From the NCBI GenBank assembly GCA_963713955.1, contig OY970216.1, forward strand, positions 8,075 to 72,074: a stretch of DNA of 64,000 nt. The letters are read 5' to 3'. The position numbers and the translations under genes were made by a program. The first letter of the stretch is position 1; every line of letters begins with the position of its first letter. The notes beneath the pieces are model-generated. The model saw only the letters and a program-made list of their open reading frames with translations, was not told where the DNA came from and did not search any database. Source of the DNA: an uncultured bacterium. Lineage in GTDB: Bacteria; Patescibacteriota; Minisyncoccia; UBA6257; GWB1-50-10. Positions 62,135 to 64,000 of this stretch are shown here, in pieces.

Positions 62135-64000
62135 CTTCTTCACCCCTAGCCATATCGGCTCGCCGTCGAATTTCGTGTCGAGCTCCGCGTCGAACTTATC
62201 CGAACGTTTCAGGACGATATCTGAGGCGTTTACTTCCTTCATTAAGAGTTTTTTGTTCCGATCTACAATTTTCTTGACCTCCGGATCAGCCTCGATCATG
62301 AGGACAATGCTGTCTTTCGGGGTGAGCCCCCCGTCCTGGCGGAGACCCTGAACCATCCGCACAAACTCGCGCACTATTCCTTCTTCTCTCAACTCAGGAG
62401 TTATCTCAACATCGAGAACGGAATCTCCCGCTTTGAGATTCTTATCAAAAATTATCCTCTTAACGTTGATCTCGTCTTTCAAAATCTCCAAGAGCTCGGG
62501 GCCGTTGGAAGTTTGGAATTTAAAGTTCGGGACTCGGAGTGAAGCGAGCGGCTGCCGAACCCTAATTCCCAATTTGGCGCGCTTCCCCAACGCGGCGCTC
62601 GCCAAGTCCCGCACTATCTTCATGTCACTCAGCAACTTTGAATTTTGAACTTTGAACTTTGAACTTACCTTCGGCCACCTCTCGAGATGAACCGACGATT
62701 CCCCCTGCAAAGCCAAAGATTTATACAAAGCCTCGGCAAAAAACGGCATAAAGGGAGCTATCACTTCACTGACCGTAATCAAGTTCCGACGCAAGGTCTC
62801 GAAAAACGTTTTGTCCTTGCGCTTGCGGCTCCGGCGTAGATACCACGTGGAAAGATCGTCCACGTATTCCTGAATCGCTCGCGTAGCGTGCACCGTATCA
62901 TACGCGTCAAGATTCTCCGTGACGCTCCGCACGAGCTCCGCAGTGCGGATATCGATCCACAAATCAAGGACGTTCTTCGACTTTCCAAGCCTAAGGTCAT
63001 CGGCTGTCGGTTCTGACATCTCAACATACGTCCCGAAGTACCGGTAGACGTTCCAGAGAAGCAAGACGACTTTGCGGTAGGCGCTCTCAACACCCTTCTC
63101 CGAAAAATCCAAGTTGTCCGCCTGCATAACGACCGAATTCATGAGGTAAAAGCGCAAACTGTCGGCACCATATTTTTCTATAACAACCCACGGGTCCGGG
63201 AAGTTGCCTTTGGACTTGCTCATTTTGGAACCGTCCTCCGCGAGAATCGTGCCGGTTGTGACGACATTCTCGAATGGAGCCTTTTTAAAAAGAATGAGGG
63301 AAATCACGTGCATCACGTAAAACCAGGCTCGCGTCTGGGCGATGTATTCGGCCACGAACTGCGCCGGAAGCCTGCTTTCGAACGTTTTCTTGTTCTCGAA
63401 GGGATAGTGGTACTCCGCAAACGGCATGGAGCCGGCCTCCGTCCAGGAGTCGAAGATTTCCGACGTGCGCTTCATCGTGCCGCCGCAGGAGGGGCAGGCA
63501 AACGTCACTTCATCGATATAGGGACGGTGCAAATCGACTTCGCCGGTATCATTCCGGGGGATAACCCTGAAATCAAGCTTCATCGCCTCCGCAAAAGAAA
63601 CGAAATCTTTCCCTCTCTTCTCTTTCTCCGCGATCGCTTTCTTCTCGCTCCAGCCTTCCGCCGCCTGGAACAGCATCCACACGGGATATTCATGCGTCAC
63701 GAGGAGTATATTCTTGCCTTCGTACTTCGATTCGCAATCCTTCAAAAAACCCCACAAACGGGTCCGCAAATCGCGGAGAGATTCTCCTCCCTCGGGAATT
63801 TCCTCAAACCTCGCTTCGTACGTCGGGAACATCTCAAGGTACTTCTCGTCATGACAACCCGTAAGCTCAGATCCCAAATGTATCTCCTCAAGCCTCTTGT
63901 CTACCTTGAACTCCGCGTCCCCCAGCATTCTAAAATCGATTTCTCCCGTTTCCCTGGTCCTCAGGACATCCGAAGATAAAATCAGGTCCACTTTCTCGTG
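62126..64000 (-). CDS. ileS: isoleucine--tRNA ligase, C-terminal approximately 620 aa (the N-terminus lies beyond the window end)
   Basis: HYPFEN, AEYIAQTRAWFY, KMSKSKGN; CPSCGG zinc motif. The ORF runs to the window edge with no upstream stop, and the HIGH motif is absent. Confidence 0.75.
   Translation of the reverse strand, partial: HEKVDLILSSDVLRTRETGEIDFRMLGDAEFKVDKRLEEIHLGSELTGCHDEKYLEMFPTYEARFEEIPEGGESLRDLRTRLWGFLKDCESKYEGKNILLVTHEYPVWMLFQAAEGWSEKKAIAEKEKRGKDFVSFAEAMKLDFRVIPRNDTGEVDLHRPYIDEVTFACPSCGGTMKRTSEIFDSWTEAGSMPFAEYHYPFENKKTFESRLPAQFVAEYIAQTRAWFYVMHVISLILFKKAPFENVVTTGTILAEDGSKMSKSKGNFPDPWVVIEKYGADSLRFYLMNSVVMQADNLDFSEKGVESAYRKVVLLLWNVYRYFGTYVEMSEPTADDLRLGKSKNVLDLWIDIRTAELVRSVTENLDAYDTVHATRAIQEYVDDLSTWYLRRSRKRKDKTFFETLRRNLITVSEVIAPFMPFFAEALYKSLALQGESSVHLERWPKVSSKFKVQNSKLLSDMKIVRDLASAALGKRAKLGIRVRQPLASLRVPNFKFQTSNGPELLEILKDEINVKRIIFDKNLKAGDSVLDVEITPELREEGIVREFVRMVQGLRQDGGLTPKDSIVLMIEADPEVKKIVDRNKKLLMKEVNASDIVLKRSDKFDAELDTKFDGEPIWLGVKKLK

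Noticed and set aside
63308-63979. 223-aa plus-strand ORF
   Set aside because: It is antisense to ileS.
1-64000. CRISPR arrays and rRNA genes
   Set aside because: No regularly spaced 25-40 bp direct repeats and no 16S or 23S conserved blocks were seen anywhere in the window.

Overview
This 64 kb window looks like a CPR/Patescibacteria-type genome: small genes, mosaic GC content, few Shine-Dalgarno sites and five tRNAs. It splits into four parts. (1) 1-11.2 kb on the minus strand is a glycan-biosynthesis island: a complete GDP-D-glycero-D-manno-heptose pathway (transaldolase, GmhA, GmhB, a GHMP heptose kinase, an HddC-like nucleotidyltransferase), a fused Gfo/Idh/MocA plus FAD oxidoreductase, a GT9 heptosyltransferase, GT2 and GT4 glycosyltransferases and a Wzx-like flippase. 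A RelE/RHH toxin-antitoxin pair and a 1095-aa threonine/serine-rich secreted protein with a peptidoglycan-binding domain follow it. (2) 16-38 kb holds housekeeping genes (ClpB, HtrA, IscS-like, MgtC, PduO-type adenosyltransferase, an AsnRS-like catalytic core, iPGM, RNase Y, HU), a tRNA cluster (His, Phe, Arg, Pro) and a small Phd/RelE and HTH/Doc toxin-antitoxin islet next to tRNA-His that carries a repeated 17-nt motif. (3) 39.46-54.32 kb is the most interesting feature: a roughly 14.9 kb integrated element inserted into the 3' end of tRNA-Gly(TCC), bounded by a 17-bp direct repeat. A large serine recombinase sits at its right end and its reading frame runs through the tRNA. Inside the element, roughly 330-bp near-perfect inverted repeats bracket a replication-relaxation gene, iteron-like palindromes, two paralogous TraD/HerA-like ATPases, a run of small membrane and secreted proteins, and a complete diversity-generating retroelement (DGR). 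The DGR has a target gene whose C-terminal variable repeat differs from the downstream template repeat at 17 positions, all of them adenines in the template, plus an Avd-like gene and a reverse transcriptase with the IGNLTSQ and YTDD motifs. (4) 54.4-64 kb is housekeeping again (SecG, a solute-binding protein, a PGI/PMI-family isomerase, tRNA-Leu, RNase J, TrpRS and the C-terminal part of IleRS). No rRNA genes or CRISPR arrays were seen. Two unassigned repeat or structured-element families in intergenic regions are reported below. Coordinates and family calls come from reading the sequence and the ORF track by eye; no database search was possible.
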